DNA of 64,000 nucleotides from Podarcis cretensis (lineage: Eukaryota): contig OX638151.1 of the NCBI GenBank assembly GCA_951804945.1, forward strand, positions 53,382,001 through 53,446,000. Direction: 5' to 3'. Below are positions 25,477 to 38,109 of the stretch, in pieces. The first letter of the stretch is position 1, and every line of letters starts with the position of its first letter. Under the pieces are notes generated by a model. The model was given only the letters and a program-made list of their open reading frames with translations. It had not been told where the DNA came from and did not search any database. A program made the position numbers and the translations under genes.

Positions 25477-25523
<47 letters not shown>
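25477..25523. repeat. (GA)n microsatellite
   Basis: direct reading. Confidence 0.95.
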
Positions 25524-25525
<2 letters not shown>

Positions 25526-25701
25526 GTGTGTGCATAAGTCAGTTTCTGCCAGAGAAACAGCGCAGGATAAAGCTGAGGTAAAAGCAAGTGACAAAAGGAA
25601 GAAGTCAGGCAGATTCCACCCACCTTCCTCACTCCCGTTTGCTCACTACCTCCCTTTATTCTTATTAAATGGAAGGGGGTTGCTTTTAAACCCTGAAATA
25701 G

Positions 25702-25702
<1 letters not shown>

Positions 25703-25762
<60 letters not shown>
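25703..25762. repeat. compound (TG)n(AG)n microsatellite
   Basis: direct reading. Confidence 0.95.
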
Positions 25763-26460
25763 CAATCAGCCTGGAAAATGCCCTCTCTCCGTGTGTTTCT
25801 TTTGCCCTTTTCCTTCCCGCTGAGGCTGGCAGAGGTGTGTCAGCGACGGAATGACAAGAGCCATCAGGCTCCTGCCACCGAAGCACGTGGGTGAATTGGG
25901 CAGTCGGCTGTATCAGCAGAGGCCATCGGCACGTTCAGCCGCCTATCAGAACTGCGCCTGGCAGCTGGGGAGATACATTTAGATAAAGCAGGCAGCAATC
26001 GTTGATAACAAGTCCCTCAAATGTCAGGCAGCATAAAGGGCAGTATTGATTGCTGCCTCACAGCCCGCCTTTCCTTTTCTTTGGTGCTCTATTTCCCTCC
26101 TCTCTCTCCCCTCCCACCGCTGCCGCACACACACACTCTTCTTCTTCTTTATTATAGGAAAGACTGGCTGGGATAATCTGCCTGCAGAAAAAGGCCATTG
26201 TGCTACAACGCACATTGTGTTAGTCGCTAAATAGAACTTATCAGCGTTCCTCCAATTCCGCTAGCCTCTGTTCCAGTTCATCCCTCCCCACCTTCTCCCT
26301 GCTTCCTTGCTCTGTTTCCCAGATGATCTCGACCCTTTCGCCTTCCATTTTGGTTATCGTCATTAAAAAGAGTGTGAGGAGGCAGGCCGGTGACTTTCTG
26401 ACCACCGGCTAATCAAAGCTAAAGTCTGCAGCCCCCTCATCATCCCTTCCCCTGTCCTCA
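25763..26460. promoter_or_regulatory. candidate GATA/E-box enhancer or alternative promoter
   Basis: CpG-retaining unique DNA; WGATAR at 25943, 25981, 26003, 26238; E-boxes cacgtg 25884 and cagctg 25962. Confidence 0.5.
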
Positions 26461-26519
26461 CCCAATGAAAATTCATCTCAGATTCCACATGCTTTGAGAA
26501 ACCAGTCCCAAAGCAATCA

Positions 26520-26790
26520 GGGCCATAGGAACATAAGAAGAGCCTGTGGGATCAGACCAGTACAGTATCCTGTTCTCACAGTGGGAAAACAGCAAGCAGG
26601 ATTCAAGCACAAGTGCACTTCCACCTCCTGAGTTTCCCTGCAACTGCTATTCAGAAGCAGAGCAGAGCCGTCATGGCTAGTAGCCATTGATAGCCTTCCC
26701 CTCCATGAATTTGTCCAATCCTTTTTCACAACCATCCAAATTCGTGGCCATCACAGCCTCCTTTGGGAACGAGTTCCACTATTTGGCTAT
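26520..26790 (-). mobile_element. old CR1 3' fragment
   Basis: aggaacataagaagagcctg...tagtagccattgatagcc...ctccatgaatttgtccaatcc. Confidence 0.75.
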
Positions 26791-26988
26791 GTTTTAACGC
26801 TGCAGTCCAGTGCACACTTACCTGGGAGAAAGTCTCATTGAACTAAAGGGGACTTACTTCCGAGTAGAGATGTATAGGAAGTTTGTCTCTCCATCCTGCC
26901 CTGTCCTCAAAAACAATCACCTTCTTCTCCCACTGCAAAATGCTTTGAAACTCTATCAGGTTTCAGAAGTGAGACAGTTGCCGCAGGC

Positions 26989-27585
26989 AGGGATGGGGGA
27001 GGAATTGGATGCAGTTCACATTTCAAGGCAAACATACTGAATTTGCACTTTCCAAAACGCCATGCAAACCAAAACCCAGCCATCCTTCAAAATTCACACA
27101 TCTCCGAATTTTGCAGTGTAGTTCTCTGGCCAAGTAATGTGTGCAAAAATGTATATGCAAAGGTAAAATGTGCACGTTAATGTATATATTAGTGAAAACA
27201 ACATACAAGAATGTGTTATATAATGGAAGACTGCTTTGCAGAAATGTGTGTATGAGGAAAAATTGCACTGAATTTTCATGAGGGTGAAATTAGATAAGGA
27301 AGAACATTAAAATGCAATTGTATGTAATTTGGGTTATAAACATTGGTGTTGGGTGAGCAGGAAGTCACTGGTTTTGCTGAATTGGACTAGAACTGTTGAG
27401 TAACATATGTAACTTTCAATATGAAAAAGAAAACATTATTGCTATTTAAAAAATTGCAGCGAATTTTCATGAGGGCTTTTTTTTTTTAAAAAAAAAAAGG
27501 AAATGTTGCAGAAATGTGGAGAACCAAACATAAGACTGGAAAAATGAGAAATGGAGAGAAGCTGAAATAGCCCTTTCCTATCTAC
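26989..27585. mobile_element. AT-rich non-autonomous DNA element with an internal insertion (27286-27449)
   Basis: Same family as 24120-24523; ~27-bp duplication aaaattgca..gaattttcatgaggg flanks the insert. Confidence 0.6.
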
Positions 27586-29135
27586 TGCTTCCCCACCAAG
27601 AGAACACTTGCACCCATATATGAGCATTGAGGATCTTTGGTTGTGGCACACTCTGCAGAGACACTTCTGGTGGCAACCAGAATGAGATCCTTCTCTGTTG
27701 TGGCACTCATCTGGTGAACAGTCTCCTTCTGGAAATAAGGCGTGCAATGATTTTTCAGTGCCTTCTGAAAATGCATTGAGATTTGGCCTTGAGAAGTGTT
27801 CTGGTTACTGAATGTATGGTTGCATTTTAATATGTACTTCTTCTTTTTGGCTTTACTGGCTTTAAACTTTTATTGGCTTTAAATTTTGCCTATTACCCAA
27901 GGGATCATATTTTAAGGTTGTAAATCACCTTGGGATTGGTATGGAAGGTGGTGTATCAGTGTTTGAGAATGAATAAATAAATTTCATGTGAGGGGCAAAT
28001 GCCCTGGGGGAGATTTGGAACAAAGAAGCAAAAGGTCTCATTCCTCAGCTACTTATCTGCTCCAGACTCTCCTGTCTCAAAGTGCTCTTTATTCTTAAAA
28101 AGAGAGGTCTGCCAAGGTTTACTTAAACCCTCATACAAAAAAGGTGACTGGGTTCTGGCTGGCAACACGACGACATTGGTCTGGATATCTGCTCTGCACT
28201 CTGTTCAATTCTATCTTTTTTAAACCAATGTGGATTTCAAGCCAATTCACACCCTCCTCCTTCAATAACGAACAGATCGTTCCCAGCTATTAGGGAGGGG
28301 GGAATTGCAATCCTTGACACTTATAATCACCATTTTAATTATTATAATTTTAGAACATGCACAATGCCAATAATAGGGCTCTGAAACAAAAGGCACGGTG
28401 TCCCCAGAGAGATAAATGACAATGGGTTTTGTCTCATGTGCTTGCTGTAATTGTGGCTGCCTGATCTGATGCAATTTTGTGCTTTTATATTTTTAGTTTG
28501 ATAGCATTTTCAAATGTGAAAGGCTTTATGAAAGATAGGCACCAAGGGCCAAATCCAGTTGCTGCTGGCGCTACTCCAAGCACAGGTGACATCCGTGGAG
28601 GCCTTGCGGCCGGAAAGCAAATAGCTTAAAGGCTGTGAAATCACAGCAGAACCAGCTGAAAAATAAATGGCTGGCTGGACAGTGTCAGCTTCAGTATTTG
28701 TGAAGGAGGGTGCTCAGGAAATGCAGCTTCACTGAGCCCCCCTATTTGGAAGAGAAAAAGTAGTCAGAGAATTCTATAATGCTGTCTCTGCTCTTCCTGG
28801 GTGCTGCAAGCAGAATGACAATGGTACCTCTGTTGAGATGGCAGTGCCTTTGCTGGTCTTGGGGGCCTTAGTAAATGGCCAACTTTGCCATCCTCAGGAG
28901 TCAGCCCTGACTTCAGTGGTATCATTTGACTAGGAGGCTTGCATTGAAGACTCAGGAGCATTGGGGTTTTCTTACAGCCCTGTGCAAACATTACTTTAAA
29001 ACAGAATGAATATACAAAGTCACCCTGAAAATGCACAGGTTCCATATATGCAATCTGCATCCTCAGTTTTCGTACAAAATAGATTCCATGAAAATTGTGT
29101 GACACCCCCCCCCAAGCTGCTGTCAGTCCCTAGAG

Positions 29136-29273
29136 CAGCGGTTCTCAGCCTGTGGGTCCCCAGATGTTGTTGGATTACAACTCCCATCATCCCTGAGCTC
29201 TGGCCTTGCTAGCTAGGGGTGTTGGGAGTTGTAGTTCAACAACATCTGGGGACCCACAGGTTAAGAAAGGCTG
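29136..29273. mobile_element. hAT (Charlie-like) palindromic MITE
   Basis: Near-perfect hairpin; 8-bp TSD ccctagag on both sides. Confidence 0.9.
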
Positions 29274-30999
29274 CCCTAGAGAGTATTTTCCATTGATGTC
29301 ATGGCACAAGAAGACATGGTTAACCCCCTTCCAGCAGGCCACAATTAGGGCCCTGCTCTCCATCCCATGGCAACTATTTGAAATCTCGTTAACCATGGCT
29401 GTTAATTGCTTACATGCAGTTAAGGCCTTGCCCACTTTAACCTGTTAGTCTTGCTTAAGGTCATAGAAATGTCCTGCCTGATTAGATCAGGGTCCACCTA
29501 ATCCAGCATTTGCTGCAAGATTCCCAGCAAACAGTGATCATTTAGTGATCCACCCCAAGTTGCCTGGTGGTTCCCGTGAACCTTCCGCCCATTGCTGACC
29601 TACATCACATACTGAAACTGGGATTATGTGCAATTATCAGGGACACCTGGAAATTGCATTTCTGTTGAAAGAGGCTAGAGAGTACTCTTAGGACCCTCAC
29701 CAAATGTCAAAACTGCCGACATGGCTGCAGTGTGGTCATCAGAATTCAATAGAGGAAACAGAAGTACATATTTGTGGCACTGTGGTGCCTTGTCTCTTTC
29801 CTAATATCCCCCTTTCTCTCAACAGCTTAACTAACCATTCCTATATTGCTTTCTTCATCTTGTCAGATGAGTAAGCTGCTTTTTATTCAAAAACGGGGTC
29901 CTAAAAATCTGAACTGGTCATATCTGCTTTTACTGCCCGAAAACGTCTGACTAGAATGCCAGTGCAACATAATGTTTTCTCTATTTCTTTTTTAGATGTG
30001 CAGGAGTCATCCTTAAAAAGCTCCTAAGAAGCTTTACATCACATATGGAAGATTTACTAAGACCCACTTTGCCCCACCATTAAAAAAACAGATGACAGAA
30101 TCCATCGATACATTTGAGGAATGCAAGATCTGGAGAGAAGGCTGCTCCGATCCTTAAACGAAGTGGCGTTTTGTCATTAACATTCCCCAAAGATCTTTCA
30201 TTCTTAAATAAAGTTTGCACAGGTGGAATGGGAGAGTTTGTCTTTTCAGAACTAGTCGCTTTGATCAGTCGCTCACTCTGGAGAGTGGAATATTGAATTC
30301 CTTTTGGAGTCATGCTATGCTTAAGCATTTTCCTCTTAGTCTGGCAGCAGCTTCTGGACTTGTGATATATGAGAAGCACCCCTCCCCTCCATTCTATTTT
30401 CCTTGACTTCAAGACTTTCAGAGGACACTGCATTTGCAGGACCTGGGAAATAAGACACCACAAACAATTCTGAGGATGCACAGCAACTACTAGTACTGTT
30501 ACTGCAATGCTACATTTAATGAGCACCTCCAGTGTGCTACGCAGTGCTCATCACAGTGTGCTTCTGAGCTTCCCAGGACTTGTCAGGAAGAAAACATAGG
30601 GCCAGATAGAACTTTTGCCTGATCCAGCAAAGCAGTGCTTAGGTTTTTCTTACAAACAGTAGGATTTTCACCAAATAGAGACATACAGTCCACACTAAAC
30701 GAATGGCGTAGGTAGAGATTGGGAATTGACAAATGAAAACCTGTGCTGTGGTTAGAAAGAGTCATTTGACAGGGAAATTGTGCGTAAAGTGAAAGGTTGG
30801 ACCTTATAAACAGATTTGTTTGTGAGAGGACCAGGCACAAGACACAGGAGACATTTGCTGGCTTGGGGAAAATATAGACAATTGTTTCTCAGGTGGTAAC
30901 TAGGGGTATCATCTGAATCTGAGAACTCATCTGAGTCTAGCTTGGATATAAACCCCCAGGGCTCTGAAAAGCCCATCTCAATGGGTGGTATACAAATAT

Positions 31000-31470
31000 A
31001 ATAAATAAAACAACAAATTATTTATAGTACCAATTTATATCAGCAACAATTCAGCAGCAAATAATACCAGTAAAACCAGGTCTAAAGATAGTTCAACGCA
31101 TTGTACAAATATCTGACATGTATAGGAATATGTACAACCTTCTTGTATAAACCACATCCCTTCCCTCCAAATCTATCCATTTAAGCACGATTCTATACAG
31201 TTCACGATCCAATCCCCTCCAAATTATGTTCAGCCTCTTCTCTCCTTCATATCTGCAGATAATAACAGCAAATAACACCCCCCCCCCCCCGCGCGCCATC
31301 TTCTGCAAGAAAACAATATGTCAATACAGAGAAAGGAGAAAATCATGTTTCTGTAACCATTGTTAAAAGTATAACTCAGTATTGTCGGATAACATCCTTG
31401 GTGCACTGCAACAGTTGTTAGGAACTTGAGGCTAAACACCTTTTGTCCTATCAGTAACAACATGAGGTAT
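31000..31470 (-). mobile_element. degenerate L1-type LINE 3' fragment
   Basis: Minus-strand translation with Trp spacing like an ORF2 C-terminus (IIWRGLD...KWIDLE), then AT-rich 3' UTR. Confidence 0.35.
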
Positions 31471-31989
31471 TACAGTCTCGTTCCTAATCAAATAAACACA
31501 TATGAAAACTATTCATAACTGGAGCTGTGCACATAGCTTTGGGCAAGAACTGAAAAAGTCAGAAATGGGTTGCATTCAGTCTTCCTCCCAAACTGTTCTG
31601 TTCTCACTATAGCAGATCTGTGCATGGAAACTTGTTTGCATAAAAGTGGGTCCCTGTAGCTGAATTAGGTCAACAGGATGGGGAAACTTCCACCTCCAAG
31701 TGAGGGGTGTGGCCTGACGAGAGTACAGCACACATGCGAGAGTAAATGCACACAAGTGTTTTTGCCTAGCTGAAATGAGTCCTTGGACTCTTGCTTGTCT
31801 GAATGGTAGATACAGAGTACTGTGTGAGTGTGTGTACAAACCACCCTACTTTACAAAGGTTAAATTTACATTAGGTGCTCCTCCCATGTTGCAACTGGCC
31901 CTGCCCACTACTGGCCCATCATGTGGCCCTGAAGGTTGTCCAGAGGGGATGTGGCCCTCGGGCCACTACCTTGATGTAGAGTATCCCTG

Positions 31990-32357
31990 AGTACCAATTT
32001 CAGAGTCTAGTGTACCTATTTTTCAGGGACAGTCCCAGATTTACAGAAGCCATCCCAGTTTCTGATTTGATCCCAGAATGTCCCTCTTTCCCTTAGGACA
32101 TCTCTTTTTCATCCAAGAAATGTTGGGGGGTATGGAGTTATGCAACCCCTGAACCAAGGAGACAACCTTTAGAAGATACCTGCAGGCATCCTTGCATAGT
32201 GAGCTTTTTTAATGTTTTATTACATTTTTATATATGTTGGAAGTAGCCCAGAGTGGCTGGGGCAACCCAGTCAGATGGGTGGGGTATAAATAATAAAGGT
32301 GTTGTTGATGTTGAATAGGATGTCCCTATTTTCATCAGAGAAATGTTGATGGGTATG
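31990..32357. mobile_element. hAT-type MITE carrying an L2-type tail (sister of 23125-23509)
   Basis: Colinear with 23125-23509; ends aaatgttgatgggtatg. Confidence 0.75.
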
Positions 32358-33024
32358 CCATTTGTTGTTCTTTTACTCTGTTCAGACTCTTTAATGTTAA
32401 TTTATAAAGCACTAAATGACTTGGGACCCTATTAGATGGACCTTCAGGCCTCTACTTAAGCCCACATGTTGCAATTCCAAACCATTACAATCATTTTTAT
32501 TTTTATTTTACCATTGGTTTCTAGAGTTTCAGGATTGCACCCTAAGTGCTTTTTCACCTACCTCTACACCATTTCTGTAGCTGTCACCCTCTTCAGCACT
32601 GCATAGAACAATTTCCCTTCTGACTGAGCCATATTTCTGGCAATCTGCTTCTTTCTCTCTCAGCTCCCTGTCACATTAAGAAATCTGAAACCAGGAGCTA
32701 GGATCAGTGGCATCGAGTTGAAAAAGGAAATGACAAAATAAACATTCAGCAATCTATAAAAAAAGGGGGGGGGGATACAGGCCATTTATGACAATACAGA
32801 AGTATACTTCCAACGAACACTCTGTTGCCGCTGACATCTTCTAAGTAGATAAAATGCTAATGTCTACAGGCAGACAATGCCTCAGTCTAAAAGGAGACAG
32901 ATTATTTTTCATACCTAATCAGGGCTGATTTGAACTGCAGAGAGTCTGCTGTATCTTGCAGTTCCCTTCAGAATCTGACATCCTAATCACTAGCACAGTC
33001 CCTGTGATTTGAGGGTAAACTCAC

Positions 33025-33238
33025 AAACCGGCATGGACAAAGTCTGTCCTGCGCAAAGGTCACGCTGAGCGAGGTCATCCAACCTGATCATCTCAGGAAA
33101 GGCGGCATTTGCCTCTGAGGCGCTGTCTTTCTTCGAAGCGTGGGCAGCAGCAATGCTAGAGCTTCCAGGCAGGCATTCGCTGGCGACCTCCTTCAAGCAG
33201 TCGGAAGAAGTCAAGCTCTGAGTGTCAGGCTCTGTCAT
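33025..33238 (-). CDS. candidate first coding exon of an unidentified gene (MTEPDTQSLTSSDCLKEV...TLSMPV)
   Basis: ATG at 33238 with G at -3 and an upstream in-frame stop; 71 codons + 1 nt, then donor GTGAGT; polypyrimidine acceptor near 33341; about 14 CpGs in 280 bp. Confidence 0.45.
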
Positions 33239-34850
33239 TGCAGACGCAGCACAAATACCTTCCGGTGATGCCACTGTCGGGGTAGAACAGCATTGTCAGA
33301 GCACCAGCAGCAGCTCAAGAAACCAGCTGTTCTGACAGGGCTGGCAGGCATATAAAAAATAAGAGATAAGGGGGAAAGCTGAAAGCAGTGGTTTATCAAG
33401 TGCATAGACAGAGTGCAGGGAGGGGGGGTCAAATATCACTCAAAGAATTGTTCAGCTTGTAAACCATTTGAAATTAATGGATTTAAGATTTCAGTAGTCT
33501 ACTCTGCATATAATTTAGTTGGCTATCACCCATAGAAAATAAATATCTGCATAGTGCAAGGAAACATTTTCAAATTACATATGTGGAAAATCTGTAATCA
33601 TCCGCAAGAATCTGGTCCTGAGAACTACAATACAGTCACAAAAGCTGTATTCCAAGTCCTGAGATTTGGATTGTCCCATTGAACCCCACTGAAATTAAAG
33701 AATCACTGCCAATTGTGGAGATGTATTTTAATCCCCCCACAAAAATTAATACAAATATTTCTTCTTCTACTATTACCATAACCATTACCAAAACCACCAT
33801 CTTTCCAGTTCCACTTGGCTCAGGTTCATGTTTTCTGGATACTAAGCCCTCAACAGCAACTTCTGAAATTCACCAAGTTTCATTTACAGTTTGGATAAGA
33901 CCTTCCTTTGATTAAAAATGAGTTTCGTTATAATTACTTATTTAGACAATAGGCTATCTTGCAGACTTTTGTTTTTAATGTCGCTGCAGGGACCAGCTTC
34001 CCAGAACAATAAATCTGAAGCAGTGGGCCAAAGGCTGGTGTTTTCATGTGAGCCAAGAGAATTCCCCATTTGATCATCAACCCTTTACATAGTTCCAAGA
34101 AATGTGCACTTCATAATGGAAAACCATTTTGTTTCACTGATTCCAAGACCTGGAAGGGATCTTGTTTGGTGAGTGTTTGTAGTGACACAAAACATCCAGG
34201 AATGCCAGAATCCCCTAAGAGGAATGCCTATTCGTTCTCCTGAAAAGTTCCTTCAGAGCAGGAACTCTCGCAGCTTTGCTGAGGCATTAGCATTATCCAC
34301 TGACAGCTGCTCTTCCAGCTGATGATCTGTCAGAACCTCCTCTTCTGCTACTTCGATGTATGCTTACAAGTCCATAACTACTCCAACTCCTCCGACCTCT
34401 GACTTGTATAATTTATCATTTACTTGGCACTCCGCCCACCATCGTACTGTATCTTTGTTCATCTGGCTTTAAAAATCCAAAAGCACAAATATATGAAATG
34501 GGATGAATCACATAATCAAAATAATGAGGGACGCTTCAAAGGTTTGTCATTTGTTGGAGAGCCCTGGACTAGGCTAGGTTCCCATGGAACTTTGTTTTTG
34601 CACATAGCTCGATCTACAGACCCTGGACCCTAAACAAAGTATCTGAGTGTGAATCTCCAGAATAAAATGACCCCTTTCCACCACAATTCCCATGTCTTTT
34701 GCTACATAATGCATGCCAGTCATAAAGACACTCCTGTTGTGAGTCAGTCAGTATGACTGGTAAGAATAATGACAATTACAAATATGAAATGTTACGTGGA
34801 AAAGTGTTCTGTGCCCATGGGAGAATTTGCTCAGATTGCATCATAGATTT

Positions 34851-34929
34851 TTGTTGTTGTTGTTTAGTCGTTTAGTCGTGTCCGACTCTTCATGACCCCA
34901 TGGACCAGAGCACACCAGGCACTTCTGTC
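34851..34929 (-). mobile_element. Bov-B 3' stub (79 bp)
   Basis: (TTG)n tttagtcgtttagtcgtgtccgactcttc... Confidence 0.9.
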
Positions 34930-35474
34930 ATAAAGCCTCCCTTTTCCTTTTATTTTGCCTTGAGGCTTTGCCATCAAATGTGATATAAGTTTGGGCCATG
35001 CACTAGTTGTTTTCAAATGAGATTACACACATACCCCTCATAACAATCCTAAAGCTATTTATTTTTCTTCTTAAGCTTGCTTCTCCTAACAGTGTTGGAA
35101 TCTGCCACTAGAAGAGTGCAGCCTCTTTAAGAGAGAGAAGTCAACACAATTTGACACCTGTCTGAGGAAGAGCAAGAGTTCCTGCACACCTGTATCGAGA
35201 AGCTGGAATCACAGCTTCAAAGCAATTCATAGCAAACTCATACTGCACTTTGATTCTACACTGTGACATTAAACTAATTACAGGAAGGAGTTGAAAGTGT
35301 CTTCAGGTGGCAAATGGTAGATGTTCATAGTGTTCCCTGGTAGAGAACTTCCTGGCCAAGCCAGGTGATCTTCTTCTGGCCACCTACCCCAAATCATGCA
35401 CAATCTGAATCATTAAAATTCTACACATGATTTATAATGATGGGGATCATATAATTTTGGTTCAGGTTCATGTA

Positions 35475-35875
35475 TTCCAACCCCCTGCAATGCAGGAATC
35501 TCAACTAAAGCATCCATAACAGGTGGCCATCCAACCTCTGCTTAAAAGTCTCCAAGGAAGGAGAGTCCACCACACCACCCTCCACTGTCAAACAGCTCTT
35601 ACTGTCAGAAAGCTCTTCCAGCTGTTTAGTCAGAATCTCCTTTCTTTTAAGCCATTGGTTTGAATCCTACCCTCTGGAGCAGGAAAAAACTCAATCTTCC
35701 ATGGGACACTCCTTTATATATTTGGAGACGGCTATCATATCTCCTCCCAGTCTCCTCTTTTCCATGCTAAACATACCCAACTCCCTCAGCTGTTCCTTAT
35801 TAGGCTTGGTTTGCAGACCCTTGATCGTCTTGGTTGCCCTCCTCAGCACATGTACCAGCTTGTCAATATCCTTCT
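35475..35875 (-). mobile_element. CR1 LINE 3' fragment
   Basis: ccaaccccctgcaatgcaggaatc...ccaacctctgcttaaa...acagctcttactgtcag...gctatcatatctcctc. Confidence 0.85.
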
Positions 35876-36574
35876 TCTCCCCTTTTGGGCAAGGTTCTTG
35901 AGCAGGTAGTCATGGACCAGATCTAGGCACTCTTGAAAGAAACTGATTTTCTAGATCCATTTCTATCAGGGTTTAGGCCCAGTTTTGGAGAAGTGCAAAT
36001 GATATGCCATTTTCAGTTGCCTTCTTTTCATGGTGCTGAACATTCCTGGAATTATAAATGGTGTTGAACAACTGGTCACGGTTGTCTTTTCCATAATTAG
36101 TTACTACTCACCTCCCAATGCAAGTCCTCCTTGAGTACTTTTGGGAAAGTGACTGCAATATGATCTCTGTGTCCAGGAATGCCAAGGATGTCACTGTGCA
36201 TGATGCCATTCTGCATGATGCCAAACATGTACCCAGAACCTGGCACCTGAAATGCATTTCTGGGAAAAATTGTGGCAGGGCAAGTGGCTTTGGGATCCTG
36301 GTCTGACCATGTAGGAGGCTGGTGGGAGAAAAAAACAAGCCACTCTATTATGAGCCACTCTGTCTCTTTATACTGTATTTTGTTTTGCCTAGGAGAGGCC
36401 CTTCTCTGTTTCCAAAAAAGTTATCACTGTGCCAAAAAAGACGACTGATAATGACAGTCGCTTTCCTTCAGCAAAGTTTACTTTTCTGCACAAACTTCCA
36501 ACTCAATGCAACTCAACAACCATATTCAGAATGGCAGTGAACTAAATCAGTAATGCAACAGCCTGGGTATGTAT

Positions 36575-36920
36575 AAAGGTAAAGGGACCCCTGACCATTA
36601 GGTCCAGTCACGGATGACTCTGGGGTTGCAGCGCTCATCTCGCTTTAGTGGCCAAGGGAGCCGGCGTATAGCTTCCGGGTCATGTGGCCAGCATGACCAA
36701 GCCACTTCTGGCACCAGAGCAGCGCACAGAAACGCCGTTTACGTTCCCGCCAGAGCGGTACCTATTTATCTACTTGCACTTTGATGTGCTTTCGAACTGC
36801 TAGGTTGGCAAGAACAGGGACTGAGCAACAGGAGCTCACCCCATTGTGGGGATTCGAACCGCCAACCTGATCGGCAAGCCCTAGGCTCTGTGATTTAGAC
36901 CACAGCGCCACCCGCGCCCC
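36575..36920 (-). mobile_element. Sauria SINE, full length
   Basis: (AAAGGT)n tail, box B gggattcgaacc, TSD ctgggtat(g/a)ta. Confidence 0.95.
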
Positions 36921-38062
36921 TCTGGGTATATACATTTCAAATAACTCTGTGAGCAATGGACAACTGGCAAGTCCAGTCTCATGTTAATTGGTTTTAATTG
37001 AAAATAGACATTTCTCCTCAACCTTACTGACAAGGACACATTGTCTATACCGTAGCAATCTTCCTATCTGAGTTGACTATATTATGCATGCTAGAATGAC
37101 AAAAGAAAACTCAGAATAGGGCTGGAACTGAGTGGTTCTGTGGGGAAGGGAAGAAGCAAAAATTCTGTATGTAAAATTCTTTGAAAATAGCAAGGCTCAC
37201 TTATCCATAGAGAAGCAGCTCTGCATTATCAACTGCCCCCAAATGAGGCCCTAGGCAGAGAATTTCTTTGATCAGGCTGATGTCTGGAAAAATCAGCTCT
37301 TGTCCCTCACCTGTGGTGGCACATTACTGCATGCTCTCCCTGTGTGCCACTGATATTGCAGAGTCATCTGATAGGTAATTGCAGCATCAGCAATCAAGGC
37401 ACTGGAGGGTTAGAAATGGCAATGGCTTTCAAGGCTTATCAGATACCATAAAGCATATGCTTGGATGGCAAGGCACAGAATGACGGAGGCATAAATCACA
37501 TGGTCTTCCCACCCAAAGGGGAAAGGGGGTGGATAATAGAGGAACTATATTGGAATGGCAAGGAAAGGAATGTGACTAATCAGAGATAAAACAGCTATTC
37601 AAAAAAGGGGGTGGATTTGTTGTTTATTCCCAGATTAATATGTTATCTGTTATATTTTCCAGCTATGTTAATTTTGACAGAGAGCAGAAAAAAAGTTTTT
37701 TGAAGGTGAAAGGTCTTACACTTTTCACTACAATATATAGTTTTGTTCTGTTTTTACTTAAACATGCATTTTACTTATTTAGGAATTTGATTGAACATTA
37801 ATGCTTGCACTTTTATTATTTTCTGTGTAAACTGCTTAAAGTGTTTATTGTTATTATATTAAGCAGTATAAATATTTAATTAATAAATCAAGAATAAATA
37901 CAAACATTGATTAAACACTTTGGTTAGCTCTTTCTGCTTTGGTGTCATTTCGCTGTAAATGCTTATTACAGGTAAGGGTTTCCATCACAAAATAATGATA
38001 AATATTTCTCCTATATGGTTACAACATCCATGTCCTTTTTGGCATGTGAGTGGTATATAAAT

Positions 38063-38065
<3 letters not shown>

Positions 38066-38106
<41 letters not shown>
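38066..38106. repeat. (AT)n microsatellite
   Basis: direct reading. Confidence 0.95.

Positions 38107-38109
<3 letters not shown>

Noticed and set aside
29850-30090. Plus-strand micro-exon (cag ATGA gtaag) and acceptor at ~29996
   Set aside because: All frames close within about 30 codons and no peptide is recognisable; splice-like motifs alone are too common.
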